20,000 nucleotides of DNA from an uncultured virus (IMG/VR IMGVR_UViG_3300020050_011573). Lineage: Duplodnaviria > Heunggongvirae > Uroviricota > Caudoviricetes. The notes under the pieces were generated by a model. It was given only the letters and a program-made list of their open reading frames with translations. It did no database searches and was not told where the DNA came from. Location: IMG/VR virus record IMGVR_UViG_3300020050_011573; one strand, 5' to 3'. The position numbers were made by a program, and so were the translations under genes. Below are positions 9,227 to 16,870 of the stretch, in pieces; the stretch's first letter is position 1; the number at the start of each line of letters is the position of its first letter.

Positions 9227-9711
9227 TGATTTACTCCAGTTTGGCCGATCCCCGGTAAGAGTTTCGGCATTTGGTTGTTCTCGTAGGCAGCGGCAATTTG
9301 CGGAATCACGTAATCGCCAACCGTCTGCCCGTTCGGTAAAACGATATGAGCCATAAACTCTTGTTCAAAAGTCGAAATCTTCGCTTCCACAGCTTCAAGC
9401 TTGGCCTTTACAACCAACGTCAAAGCCCGCCATCGCTGCCGTGTGGCTTGTTCCCAAGCTTCGCGCTGTTGTTGAGGGCTTCGCACTGTCCCACGCACTG
9501 GCGTTAGCTTAAAGTCCCTAAAAGCTGGCATTTTGAGCATAAATTGAACCCGCAGAGTTTTAACCCTGAATGCCAACACCGCAACAGGCGGGTTTATGTC
9601 TTCATCCCAGCCATAAGAGAACCCAGATGCACCATACCGGCGAAGGATTGATTCAATCTCCGCTCGTGATTTCTCTGCGCTAACTTCTGTATTTGCTGCA
9701 AATTTTGCCAT
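9223..9711 (-). CDS. Conserved phage hypothetical protein, 162 aa
   Basis: Start 9711 after GAGGGAGG; MAKFAANTEVSAEKSRAEIE..L.RYGA...WRAL.LVVKAKLEAVE..ISTFEQEF.AHIVLPNGQTV. Confidence 0.8.
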   Translation of the reverse strand: MAKFAANTEVSAEKSRAEIESILRRYGASGFSYGWDEDINPPVAVLAFRVKTLRVQFMLKMPAFRDFKLTPVRGTVRSPQQQREAWEQATRQRWRALTLVVKAKLEAVEAKISTFEQEFMAHIVLPNGQTVGDYVIPQIAAAYENNQMPKLLPGIGQTGVNQ

Positions 9712-9728
9712 CCCAATACCTCCCTCTA

Positions 9729-9797
9729 TTCCAGCGGCGGGACTCGAACCCGCATTCCCGGCTTGCGGCCAGAGTTTCACCGTTACCTCACGCTGGA
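9729..9797 (-). tRNA. Degenerate tRNA-like element (possible GCA/Cys anticodon; pseudo-tRNA)
   Basis: Acceptor TCCAGCG/CGCTGGA, perfect T-arm GCGGG-TTCGAGT-CCCGC, D-loop-like AACGGTGAA with poor D-stem, anticodon arm TCTGG-CCGCAAG-CCGGG with C at 33; no encoded CCA. Confidence 0.55.
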
Positions 9798-9827
9798 ACC
9801 AATGAGCCGACGATCCTCAGCGCCGAC

Positions 9828-10064
9828 TCAAACTTTGCTCTTTAGAGCTTGTTCTTCCCAGTACTTCTCAAGCAGCTTGTTAGACTGTGATTGAATCTCC
9901 CGCGCCCAGTCTTTCACGTTCACATCATCGCTGCACTGGAGAATCTTTCCTGCACAATTTCTAATCGTCGCCAATGGCGAGGCCGATCCTCGCGGCAACG
10001 TCATTTCGTCCTTTGGTGTGCAACTCTGATTCAAGTCTATCTGCAATTGTTCTTCTGCGTTCAT
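9828..10064 (-). CDS. Small hypothetical protein, start uncertain (10064, 10004 or TTG near 9974)
   Basis: Fills the gap between 9961 and the tRNA-like element; AAGGAG before ATG 10064; overlaps the end of the upstream frame. Confidence 0.45.
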   Translation of the reverse strand: MNAEEQLQIDLNQSCTPKDEMTLPRGSASPLATIRNCAGKILQCSDDVNVKDWAREIQSQSNKLLEKYWEEQALKSKV

Positions 10065-10785
10065 TTTCGGGTAACTCCTTCCAAGATTGAAATTCAAATT
10101 TGCCCACTCGGGCGAAAACGTAAGAGAAAGGCGGTTCTCCATCACGCCAGCGAAGCTTGACTTGGAATCCCTTGTCATTCGCCGGACATTCCCACCAAGA
10201 GCCAGTTTCGGGAGTGGGCAAAAGCGGCTTTACGTCATTTTGCTCACTGGTGGGCAAATCCAATAACTCCCGCTTTTTCCGTGACTTAACTTTTGGTTGC
10301 TCACTGGTGGGCAAATCCGGTTTCTGTGTCGCTTTTAGTCCAGCATCAGCACTTTGCACACCAGCCGAACCAGCCAGGGAACCCACAACTCTTTTGTGAG
10401 CCACCCGCCGAGGGCCAATATGCACACCAGAAAGGCTCTTGCTAATATCTTCATCGGTTACTGGCTCCAAGTCAGCACCATGGACACCAGCGCCAGGATC
10501 CCCAGGCCCACGGTGATGCAAAATAGCGTCTTTTTGCGCACTTCCTTTTTGAATTCGTGCATTTTTTACCTCTTCCCCGCTTCCCTGCCCCGAGTTTTCC
10601 ACAAGTTGAGAATCCTTTGAAACTTCATCAAATCTGCGGCTAAACTCTTCTGCCGGCATCACTTCTTCAATTCGACGCCCGTCAGGGTGAGTAAAAATCG
10701 CTTTTCCGTTCGACCAATACCCACCCCAGCCTTCTTTTGCATGCCAGCCGTCACCACTCCATGACGACTGGCCTACACGTTTCCC
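9961..10785 (-). CDS. -1 frame extension (272 aa) of the membrane protein, reached by programmed frameshift
   Basis: Open frame overlapping the end of 10773..11627 in -1 phase; no convincing independent start; low-complexity linker then a Trp-containing, probably globular C-terminus (SWWECPANDKGFQVKLRWRD...). Confidence 0.75.
   Translation of the reverse strand, partial: GKRVGQSSWSGDGWHAKEGWGGYWSNGKAIFTHPDGRRIEEVMPAEEFSRRFDEVSKDSQLVENSGQGSGEEVKNARIQKGSAQKDAILHHRGPGDPGAGVHGADLEPVTDEDISKSLSGVHIGPRRVAHKRVVGSLAGSAGVQSADAGLKATQKPDLPTSEQPKVKSRKKRELLDLPTSEQNDVKPLLPTPETGSWWECPANDKGFQVKLRWRDGEPPFSYVFARVGKFEFQSWKELPENERRRTIADRLESELHTKGRNDVAARIGLAIGDD
10240..10318. repeat. Perfect 22-nt direct repeat (10240-10261, 10297-10318) encoding DLPTSEQ
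   Basis: TTGCTCACTGGTGGGCAAATCC twice, 57 nt apart; partial third copy GTGGGCAAA at 10214-10222. Confidence 0.9.
10743..10785 (-). promoter_or_regulatory. Programmed -1 ribosomal frameshift signal
   Basis: G GGA AAC (10785-10779) in X XXY YYZ phase, spacer GTGTAG containing the 0-frame stop, hairpin GCCAGTCGTCAT-ggagtg-GTGACGGCTGGC (10772-10743). Confidence 0.8.
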
Positions 10786-11627
10786 GGTGATTGGTTCGAT
10801 TGGGCTGTAGCTCCTGCCGTTTGTCCGGAAGCGAAGCCTACCGGCTGCCTCAAAGGCGGTTCGCTGGGTTGAGCAAACTTGGAATTGCCGCTGGCAGAAT
10901 GCGCCGCCAATCCAAGGCAAATGACTGTCAGCAGTCCCAGGAAAAGCGGTACGACGGTCAGCCCGTAGCGCTCATACGTGTTGAGTTTGGCAATATCCAC
11001 TGCTGTGGGTGTGGCATCTGCTTCAGCCTCAGCAGAAGAGGGAGGCTTTGCCGCTGCCTTGCCGGACCGAATAAATTCACGCGCAAGCCGCTTGTCCTGC
11101 GCCGCAAGCTGGCCAGCCAACTCTGCCTGTTTTTCGATCAGTTTTCGCTGTTCTTCGGCAGCCTGGCGCTGTGCGACCAACTGATGCTCGGATGCTTTAC
11201 TTGCCATCGTTTCTTGCCAATCAAGATCGAGTGCAATGGATGCGTTGATGAGCAGGACAGCCGTTAAGACAATCTGACAGATCATTGCGACACCGGCAAT
11301 GCGCTGGCTTTCAGAAGTTGCCATCCAAGCGCAGATGATAGCCATCAGTTCAGCGCCAACTGTGCCGATGATGCCAATCTTGCCCATCCCAACCAGCCGC
11401 CCGGACAGGTGAGAACCAACAATGACGAGGGTGAAAACGGTAGACAGGACGGCCAACGCGACACCAACCCATTTCAGGATTGACAGTTCGCGGCTCATTG
11501 TCCCGGCGACCATCACAGTAGATGCGGCCAACAGGCTGAAAATCGCCAGCTTACCGGCAAAGTTGCCGTTTATCGGCAAGCTGTCCATAGCTCCAGAAAA
11601 CAATGCGATAAAAATTTTGTTGTACAT
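10773..11627 (-). CDS. Multi-pass membrane protein with coiled coil, 284 aa
   Basis: GGAGG RBS; about four N-terminal hydrophobic helices, a Q/E/A coiled coil, and a further hydrophobic helix (GLTVVPLFLGLLTVICLGLA). Confidence 0.85.
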   Translation of the reverse strand: MYNKIFIALFSGAMDSLPINGNFAGKLAIFSLLAASTVMVAGTMSRELSILKWVGVALAVLSTVFTLVIVGSHLSGRLVGMGKIGIIGTVGAELMAIICAWMATSESQRIAGVAMICQIVLTAVLLINASIALDLDWQETMASKASEHQLVAQRQAAEEQRKLIEKQAELAGQLAAQDKRLAREFIRSGKAAAKPPSSAEAEADATPTAVDIAKLNTYERYGLTVVPLFLGLLTVICLGLAAHSASGNSKFAQPSEPPLRQPVGFASGQTAGATAQSNQSPGNV

Positions 11628-11893
11628 TTTCCAATGCCTCCAATTTGTTTGTTTTACGGGCGTTCAGCCCCCAAGCCAAACGCCCTACCACTAAGAGAAC
11701 TCGTTACCAAGTGATTAAGCTTCCATCGGCAAGCCCTCCTTTGTTGAAAAGGGAACGTTAGAATCAGAGTTGGCCTTACACGCCCAAAAGCAGACCATTT
11801 ACCTTGATACTTTCATCTCAAGCCACCTTTCGGCTGGTTTCTGCCTGCCGTCCTGCCCGGCGCTCTGATTTTCAATCAGCTTCAACTACGCAT

Positions 11894-11939
11894 AAGATAC
11901 ACGAACTGCATTGCAGATGCAATGCACTTTTGCTACTAT
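11894..11939. promoter_or_regulatory. Overlapping divergent promoters sharing a palindromic operator
   Basis: Palindrome TGCATTGCA-GA-TGCAATGCA (11907-11926). Rightward TTGCAG (11911-16)-17-TACTAT (11934-39); leftward TTGCAT (11922-17)-17-TATCTT (11899-94). Confidence 0.75.
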
Positions 11940-11946
11940 CCGGCGT

Positions 11947-12156
11947 ATGGCAAAGAAAAAAGAAGGTGAACTTCCCAAAGAAAACATCACATTGCGAATT
12001 GATCCGGCGATCATCCGCAAAGCTCATCAACTGGCCAACGAATCGAATCAATCTCTTGTCTGGTGGTTTGAAAACACCTTGGCCACAGCCTGGGGATTAC
12101 GAAGCTGGCCCAAGCCGCCCAAAGGACTCAAAAAAGCAAAGGAAATAAAACCGTAA
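11947..12156 (+). CDS. Ribbon-helix-helix (Arc/CopG-like) regulator, 69 aa, probably leaderless
   Basis: KENITLRIDPAIIRKAHQLANESNQSLVWWFENTL; ATG follows the -10 box after 7 nt with no RBS. Confidence 0.75.
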   Translation: MAKKKEGELPKENITLRIDPAIIRKAHQLANESNQSLVWWFENTLATAWGLRSWPKPPKGLKKAKEIKP

Positions 12157-12434
12157 TGACGTTACTTGAGAAAATGCGCGCTAAAAAAGAAGCAATTGAC
12201 GCGATGCCGGCATTACCGCAACAACCCAGGCTGATCAAGCGACAGTCTCAATGCCGGCCCGTATTACTGCTACTCGCAAACAAGCAAAAACGTTTCTCAT
12301 CTCTCCAAATGGCTGCCAAATGGCTGACAACTGAACTAGATCAACCCTGTTCACCGTCTGGAATAGGGCAGGCTATCCGACGAAATAACCCCTACAAAGG
12401 ATACAAATTTAAGTACGAGGAAGGCCGCAAATGA
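12156..12434 (+). CDS. Small basic protein with NUMOD1-like HTH DNA-binding motif
   Basis: KRFSSLQMAAKWL...SGIGQAIRRNNPYKGYKFKY. Confidence 0.65.
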   Translation: MTLLEKMRAKKEAIDAMPALPQQPRLIKRQSQCRPVLLLLANKQKRFSSLQMAAKWLTTELDQPCSPSGIGQAIRRNNPYKGYKFKYEEGRK

Positions 12435-12613
12435 TCACAATTGAAAACCAAAACACTCACGATGCTGGCCGTTGCCAGGGATGCAGGGAAGATCACAAGA
12501 AGGTATGGGTAATCGAAGCCAATGCCTCAAACATCACGATCATTCAACTTCGTCTTTGCATTCAGTGCCTCGACCAACTGAGAGAGAAGATTGCGAGAAT
12601 CATCCCATTTTGA
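12431..12613 (+). CDS. Small zinc-ribbon protein, 60 aa
   Basis: CQGC...LRLCIQC; ATGA overlap with the upstream gene. Confidence 0.75.
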   Translation: MITIENQNTHDAGRCQGCREDHKKVWVIEANASNITIIQLRLCIQCLDQLREKIARIIPF

Positions 12614-12624
12614 GGAAGGGGAAT

Positions 12625-12834
12625 ATGATCAAGATTACCAAAGAGCAATCCGGCACTTGCCGAAGCTGCGATGAACGTGTGAGCGAAATTCACGTCATCA
12701 AAATCTTGCACAAGGATGACTCCAACTACGTGCAAAAAGTTCGACTCTGTTCTACTTGCATTGGCAAACTTCGAGCAGTGCTACTATCAGATGCTTTCTC
12801 ACGCGTTCAAGTTCACAACCGAATACACCGATAA
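12625..12834 (+). CDS. Small zinc-ribbon protein, 69 aa, apparent paralog of the preceding gene
   Basis: Start 12625 after GAGGAAGGGG; CRSC...VRLCSTC. Confidence 0.75.
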   Translation: MIKITKEQSGTCRSCDERVSEIHVIKILHKDDSNYVQKVRLCSTCIGKLRAVLLSDAFSRVQVHNRIHR

Positions 12835-15048
12835 TCACCGATCCCTGATCGTCCTGACCGTTCGACCTGAGTAGCTTTCCCGGCCCGTATATCGTTCGTC
12901 CTGAATGTCCTTCGCAATCTCGTGACGCGCTTCCTGATAAGCGTAATACGCCGTGTAACCCTCCTCTTTCATCGTCTCCAACGCCTGACCGTCTTTGAAA
13001 GACTTCTGCAACCGCTGCTGGAGTCTTTCCTCATCTGTCAACGCCACCATCGAGGGAAGAGCAGCACAGATTGCTCGCACAACGTCAAAAGCGTCATCGA
13101 ACTTCTTGAAATGCCGCTGTGCTTTGACCGGCTTGCCTTCCTCGCTTTGTGGAATATGGATCCTCGGCAACTCTTCGCGTGTGCGCTTGAATCCGGTCAC
13201 GTCATTGAGTGCTGGCTTGACGGTCCACCGGCTTTTTGTGGCTGAAATCAACCGGCTGATTTGCTCTTTTCGCTCGATCAAGCTGGCAAGCTGACTGCTC
13301 ACCATTTCAGGGTATTCAAGCGGGAAACCGTCAACGACCGGCATCAACTCGCCTTGCTTGTCCTCCACGATGATGAACGCCCTTGGATGCCCGTGTAGTT
13401 CTGGCCGGAATGGATGCTTGCCCGCGTAAGGCGTGAAATAGGCCTGTGTTTGTGGATAGCCCATCGTGTAACCGGCTTCGGTATCCCATTTTTGGAAGGG
13501 AAGCCCAAAGTGATCTTGATAAATCAACCGCTCTGATTCGGCTTCGTGCGAGATAAGCCAGTTCTCAATATCATCATCCCGAATGTACTTCTTGAGCGTG
13601 TCCTTAATGATTGGAGCCATGATCAACGGTTGCGCGCCTTCACCCATAAAAATTTGAACGTGAAAAAACAAATGCCGAGGAAGGACACTGTTTGCCGGGG
13701 CCATTGCAGCAGCGATCAACACGGTGGGATGATCGTCTGATGTGCCGCAGTCCATTGCAATCGTGTGGCGCCAGCCTTTGGGAATTCGGAACTGTCCATC
13801 ATCACCAATGGCTGTTTGCCCAAAGACGTTGATAAACTCAGCCTGTGTGATGACGTGATGCGGTTCGGAGAACATCCAGAGCAGACGACCAGCCACCGAA
13901 CCCTCATAGTCCAAATCCCACTCTTGCGCCAATTCCACCGCACTCAACCGGCGTGATGCAATCCTGTAGCTGTCTTCAGTCTTCCAAGGATGCTGTCTCC
14001 AGTGGAGAGAGAAGTGCGGAATATTCTTATCAGTCTTTAACTCGCCGAACTTATTGAATTTCCCTTGTGGAGTGGACACAGCCAACCGAGTACGAGTACT
14101 TTCTGATGCAGCAGTCCAAGCAGCATATCCACCAGATGGCCAAGCCGCAGACTCATCGAAAACCACCATAGCCTGACGACCACCACGCGCAAACTGCTCA
14201 TTTGCGGACTCGCCTTTGAGCAATGAGCCAGTGACCGGATTCTTGATATTGAGAAATGGCGCATGCTTTGCGAACGTGAACCCTTTCGGCAACATCCAGC
14301 CAGGGACCAGGCGAAGCGCAATCCGGCCTTTTTCAAGCAAGGTGTCTGAGTCGCCCACCTTATCCACAAAAGCTTCTTTGCGGCTTCCATAGGTGGCTGT
14401 GAATGGCTGGCGTTCGGGGGCAAGCAACCACTCCATTGCACCGAAGACCATCACAATCCACGATGCCCCCAGATCGCGAGATTTATCAAGATGACCATCT
14501 TTGCGTTGGGTGTAGACGAGGTTGTAAATCCAGCCAATCAACTCATCTTGGCAATTGAAAGGCAGGAAGGGAATGTAGGTGAGTGGCGCATCGGTCCTTG
14601 GGTCACTTGTCCATGCCCAATGATGCCACCAGTGAATGCGCCCAGGTAACCCGGCTTTGCACTTGGCGATTTCAGCTTCCTGCTTCTCCGGCGAATCAAG
14701 CGCTTCCCAGTAGGCGAGACGGCGTTGGGCTTCTTCTGATGCTCGCACAAGCTTTTGCTCGACCAGCCAGCGGTAATATTTGGCTTCAAGGATTTCAATC
14801 TCAACGGCTTCGATTTCATCAGGCGGAGCATCAGCCGCAATCAGGGCAGAGCGTTTATCTTCGTTCTCCCTGATGCCCTGGTCAATCTTGGCCTGTTCCG
14901 GCTCGATCAAGTCTTTGCCGTTGATGGCATCGTGGAGAGCTTGGAGTAATCGTTGGTCGTTTAGCTGACCTTCGGTGATACGAAACTCTGCTTTTGACAG
15001 CTTGGGAGCGCCAGACAAAACAGAGAACATTAGAGAGTCATCGGCCAT
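12835..15048 (-). CDS. terL: Terminase large subunit
   Basis: Walker A-like LDKSRDLGASW, Walker B VVFDESA, coupling motif STPQG, RNase H-fold nuclease IAMDCG and KFDDAFD. Confidence 0.92.
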   Translation of the reverse strand: MADDSLMFSVLSGAPKLSKAEFRITEGQLNDQRLLQALHDAINGKDLIEPEQAKIDQGIRENEDKRSALIAADAPPDEIEAVEIEILEAKYYRWLVEQKLVRASEEAQRRLAYWEALDSPEKQEAEIAKCKAGLPGRIHWWHHWAWTSDPRTDAPLTYIPFLPFNCQDELIGWIYNLVYTQRKDGHLDKSRDLGASWIVMVFGAMEWLLAPERQPFTATYGSRKEAFVDKVGDSDTLLEKGRIALRLVPGWMLPKGFTFAKHAPFLNIKNPVTGSLLKGESANEQFARGGRQAMVVFDESAAWPSGGYAAWTAASESTRTRLAVSTPQGKFNKFGELKTDKNIPHFSLHWRQHPWKTEDSYRIASRRLSAVELAQEWDLDYEGSVAGRLLWMFSEPHHVITQAEFINVFGQTAIGDDGQFRIPKGWRHTIAMDCGTSDDHPTVLIAAAMAPANSVLPRHLFFHVQIFMGEGAQPLIMAPIIKDTLKKYIRDDDIENWLISHEAESERLIYQDHFGLPFQKWDTEAGYTMGYPQTQAYFTPYAGKHPFRPELHGHPRAFIIVEDKQGELMPVVDGFPLEYPEMVSSQLASLIERKEQISRLISATKSRWTVKPALNDVTGFKRTREELPRIHIPQSEEGKPVKAQRHFKKFDDAFDVVRAICAALPSMVALTDEERLQQRLQKSFKDGQALETMKEEGYTAYYAYQEARHEIAKDIQDERYTGRESYSGRTVRTIRDR

Positions 15049-15100
15049 ATCTAATCCAAATCAGTCTCAAGCCGTGTTTTCGACCATTTCAGGCCAGTTA

Positions 15101-15790
15101 TCAGTCAGATTCTTGTGAGTTTTCCTGCAAATCTATTACCGGCCCAACGCCCAACTCAGTTGTCACTCGCACACCACCTGCAAACTCTTCGCGCAGCCTT
15201 GGAGCAGCAGGGAAGTGTGGCGTGATCTTCAAGATCGCTTCTTCAGCCGACATATCAAACATTGCCATGGCTGTGCGAATTGCGGTCCTGGTGCGCTCCA
15301 ACTCGTCATCCCGCGCTTCGATGCCCATCCACTTGCCCAGCGTCTGCGCGGCCTTCTGTGAGTCAACCATCTTGAGATGGATTACGCGATCAACAGTCTC
15401 CTCATCTTTCGATCCGCGCACACGCTTGACGGTCTCTGTGATCCTCAATTCCTTGATCAAATGAGAGACGCCGGCTTTTCGAGCAGCGATCACGACAGGC
15501 TCATCAGGGAGCAAATCAGCAATGTCCGCACGCAAGTGACTGGCCACAGTACCAATTACCTCTACAGCGGTAATATCGGCAGCAGCAGCGAGCAGTTCCT
15601 TCCGCCTGTGGAACTCAGCCACGAACGCGGGGTTTTTGAGCCAGGAGTTAACGGTTTGCTCCGGAATATTTTTTGCGCGACACGCAGCTTGGAAGTTCCA
15701 ATTGAGAGCGCCGAGTGCAGCGATAAAGGAGCGTTGGACCGCGTTTACAGCGAGAGATTTGCGAGTTGTGCCTTTACGCTTGGTCTTCAT
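15101..15790 (-). CDS. terS: Terminase small subunit
   Basis: N-terminal HTH (NFQAACRAKNIPEQTVNSWLKNP), DITAVEVI...ADIADL, KMVDSQKAAQTLGKWMG; directly upstream of terL. ATG 15790 preferred over TTG 15811. Confidence 0.8.
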   Translation of the reverse strand: MKTKRKGTTRKSLAVNAVQRSFIAALGALNWNFQAACRAKNIPEQTVNSWLKNPAFVAEFHRRKELLAAAADITAVEVIGTVASHLRADIADLLPDEPVVIAARKAGVSHLIKELRITETVKRVRGSKDEETVDRVIHLKMVDSQKAAQTLGKWMGIEARDDELERTRTAIRTAMAMFDMSAEEAILKITPHFPAAPRLREEFAGGVRVTTELGVGPVIDLQENSQESD

Positions 15791-15799
15791 AACTCGTTG

Positions 15800-15827
15800 A
15801 GTATAGGGCAATTAGAGCAGTGATCAA
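15800..15827 (-). promoter_or_regulatory. Candidate terS promoter (nearly leaderless)
   Basis: TTGATC (15827-22), 16 nt, TATACT (15805-00); 9 nt to ATG 15790. Confidence 0.45.
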
Positions 15828-15840
15828 AATAATCTCTGAA

Positions 15841-15886
15841 AATAATAAAATAAGTACTTGCGCTTAGTGGTCAATGAGCATATAAA
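15841..15886 (+). promoter_or_regulatory. Rightward sigma70 promoter with AT-rich UP element
   Basis: AATAATAAAATAA, then TTGCGC (15858-63)-17-TATAAA (15881-86). Confidence 0.7.
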
Positions 15887-15928
15887 GAACTTGCCCGATA
15901 AATTAAACAGCTAAAGGAGATTAGAAAA

Positions 15929-16198
15929 ATGGCTACAATGATCCCGTCCACTGCCGCCGATTTTGTCCGGTATTACCGTGCAACAGGAGAACGCTTTTAC
16001 CTGCGCTCGGGCTATCACGTCGAAATCGGCAAACCGTTGGACTTGCTAATTGCTGAAACGAAAGCAACCTTCGGCGATACCAATCGCTTTGCCTTCACTG
16101 CGCTGCGCGGCGGCGTTATCCTGCGCCAGTGGCAAATTAAGCGCAACGGCAAGCGTTCCGTAACAAAGACTCAAAGCTTTCACTACGTGGCAGTCTAA
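15929..16198 (+). CDS. Hypothetical protein, 89 aa
   Basis: AAAGGAG RBS; first gene after the promoter. Confidence 0.8.
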   Translation: MATMIPSTAADFVRYYRATGERFYLRSGYHVEIGKPLDLLIAETKATFGDTNRFAFTALRGGVILRQWQIKRNGKRSVTKTQSFHYVAV

Positions 16199-16253
16199 CC
16201 CACTCTGGCTTGCTGGCCTTCGGCGGGCAAATCAATCAAAGGAGACTAAAGAA

Positions 16254-16589
16254 ATGGCACTCACAAAAATTACAAGTTGGGAAGAATTTGATGAGGCGCT
16301 ACCAATTGTGGAAGCGCGAGAGATTGCAAAAGCCAGGACCACAGATAAATACTTGGTGAAACTTCAGATTAAAGCCGATGGTCCGGTTGATGCGGTGAAT
16401 GTTGCGAACTACCTGTTCGTGCAGTCAGTGGAAATTCCCCAGCACGATGGCACTCCTGAATCGCGTAAAGCGAGAATGCTGGCGTGTGAAAAGTCGGCAA
16501 AAACTGAAATTGAGAACCTTCTCGATAATGGCGAGATTGAAATTTATACTGAAGATGATCTTGCCAAGCAGGGAGTCTCTTACTGGTAA
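16254..16589 (+). CDS. Hypothetical acidic protein, 111 aa
   Basis: AAAGGAG RBS. Confidence 0.8.
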   Translation: MALTKITSWEEFDEALPIVEAREIAKARTTDKYLVKLQIKADGPVDAVNVANYLFVQSVEIPQHDGTPESRKARMLACEKSAKTEIENLLDNGEIEIYTEDDLAKQGVSYW

Positions 16590-16666
16590 AGCTTTCGGAA
16601 CGAGTGCTTACGGCTCGCCTTTCATTAACCGGCCTAATTATAACATAACAAAGGAGATTACACGCG

Positions 16667-16870
16667 ATGATGACTATTGAAATCGAAATTCTTACAACCA
16701 CAATTCGCGGAGTAGAAGTATTAGCCAAAGAATACGAAGGCATGCTAATTCCCATTACCTACTCCAATCGCACACAAGCAAACAAAAAGGCTGCACGAAT
16801 GCCGAAGGGCTGGCAGGTTTACCATTTCAGCCGCCCGTTCTACGTTGGCCGCGTTCAGGAGAAAGCTTAA
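16667..16870 (+). CDS. Hypothetical protein, 67 aa
   Basis: AAAGGAG RBS; TAATG coupling to the next gene. Confidence 0.75.
   Translation: MMTIEIEILTTTIRGVEVLAKEYEGMLIPITYSNRTQANKKAARMPKGWQVYHFSRPFYVGRVQEKA

Noticed and set aside
9729..9797. Functional tRNA-Cys or prophage att site
   Set aside because: D-stem and position 33 are non-canonical; no integrase or second copy is present and both flanks look like phage genes.
10786..10920. ORF-track TTG start at 10920 for the 319-aa ORF
   Set aside because: It lies inside the membrane gene without an RBS; the frameshift explains the overlap better.
10743..11627. Tail assembly chaperone (G/G-T) interpretation of the frameshift
   Set aside because: The product is a multi-pass membrane protein and no major tail or tape-measure gene flanks it.
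12922..15823. Plus-strand and alternate-frame ORFs over terL/terS
   Set aside because: Shadows of well-supported terminase genes.
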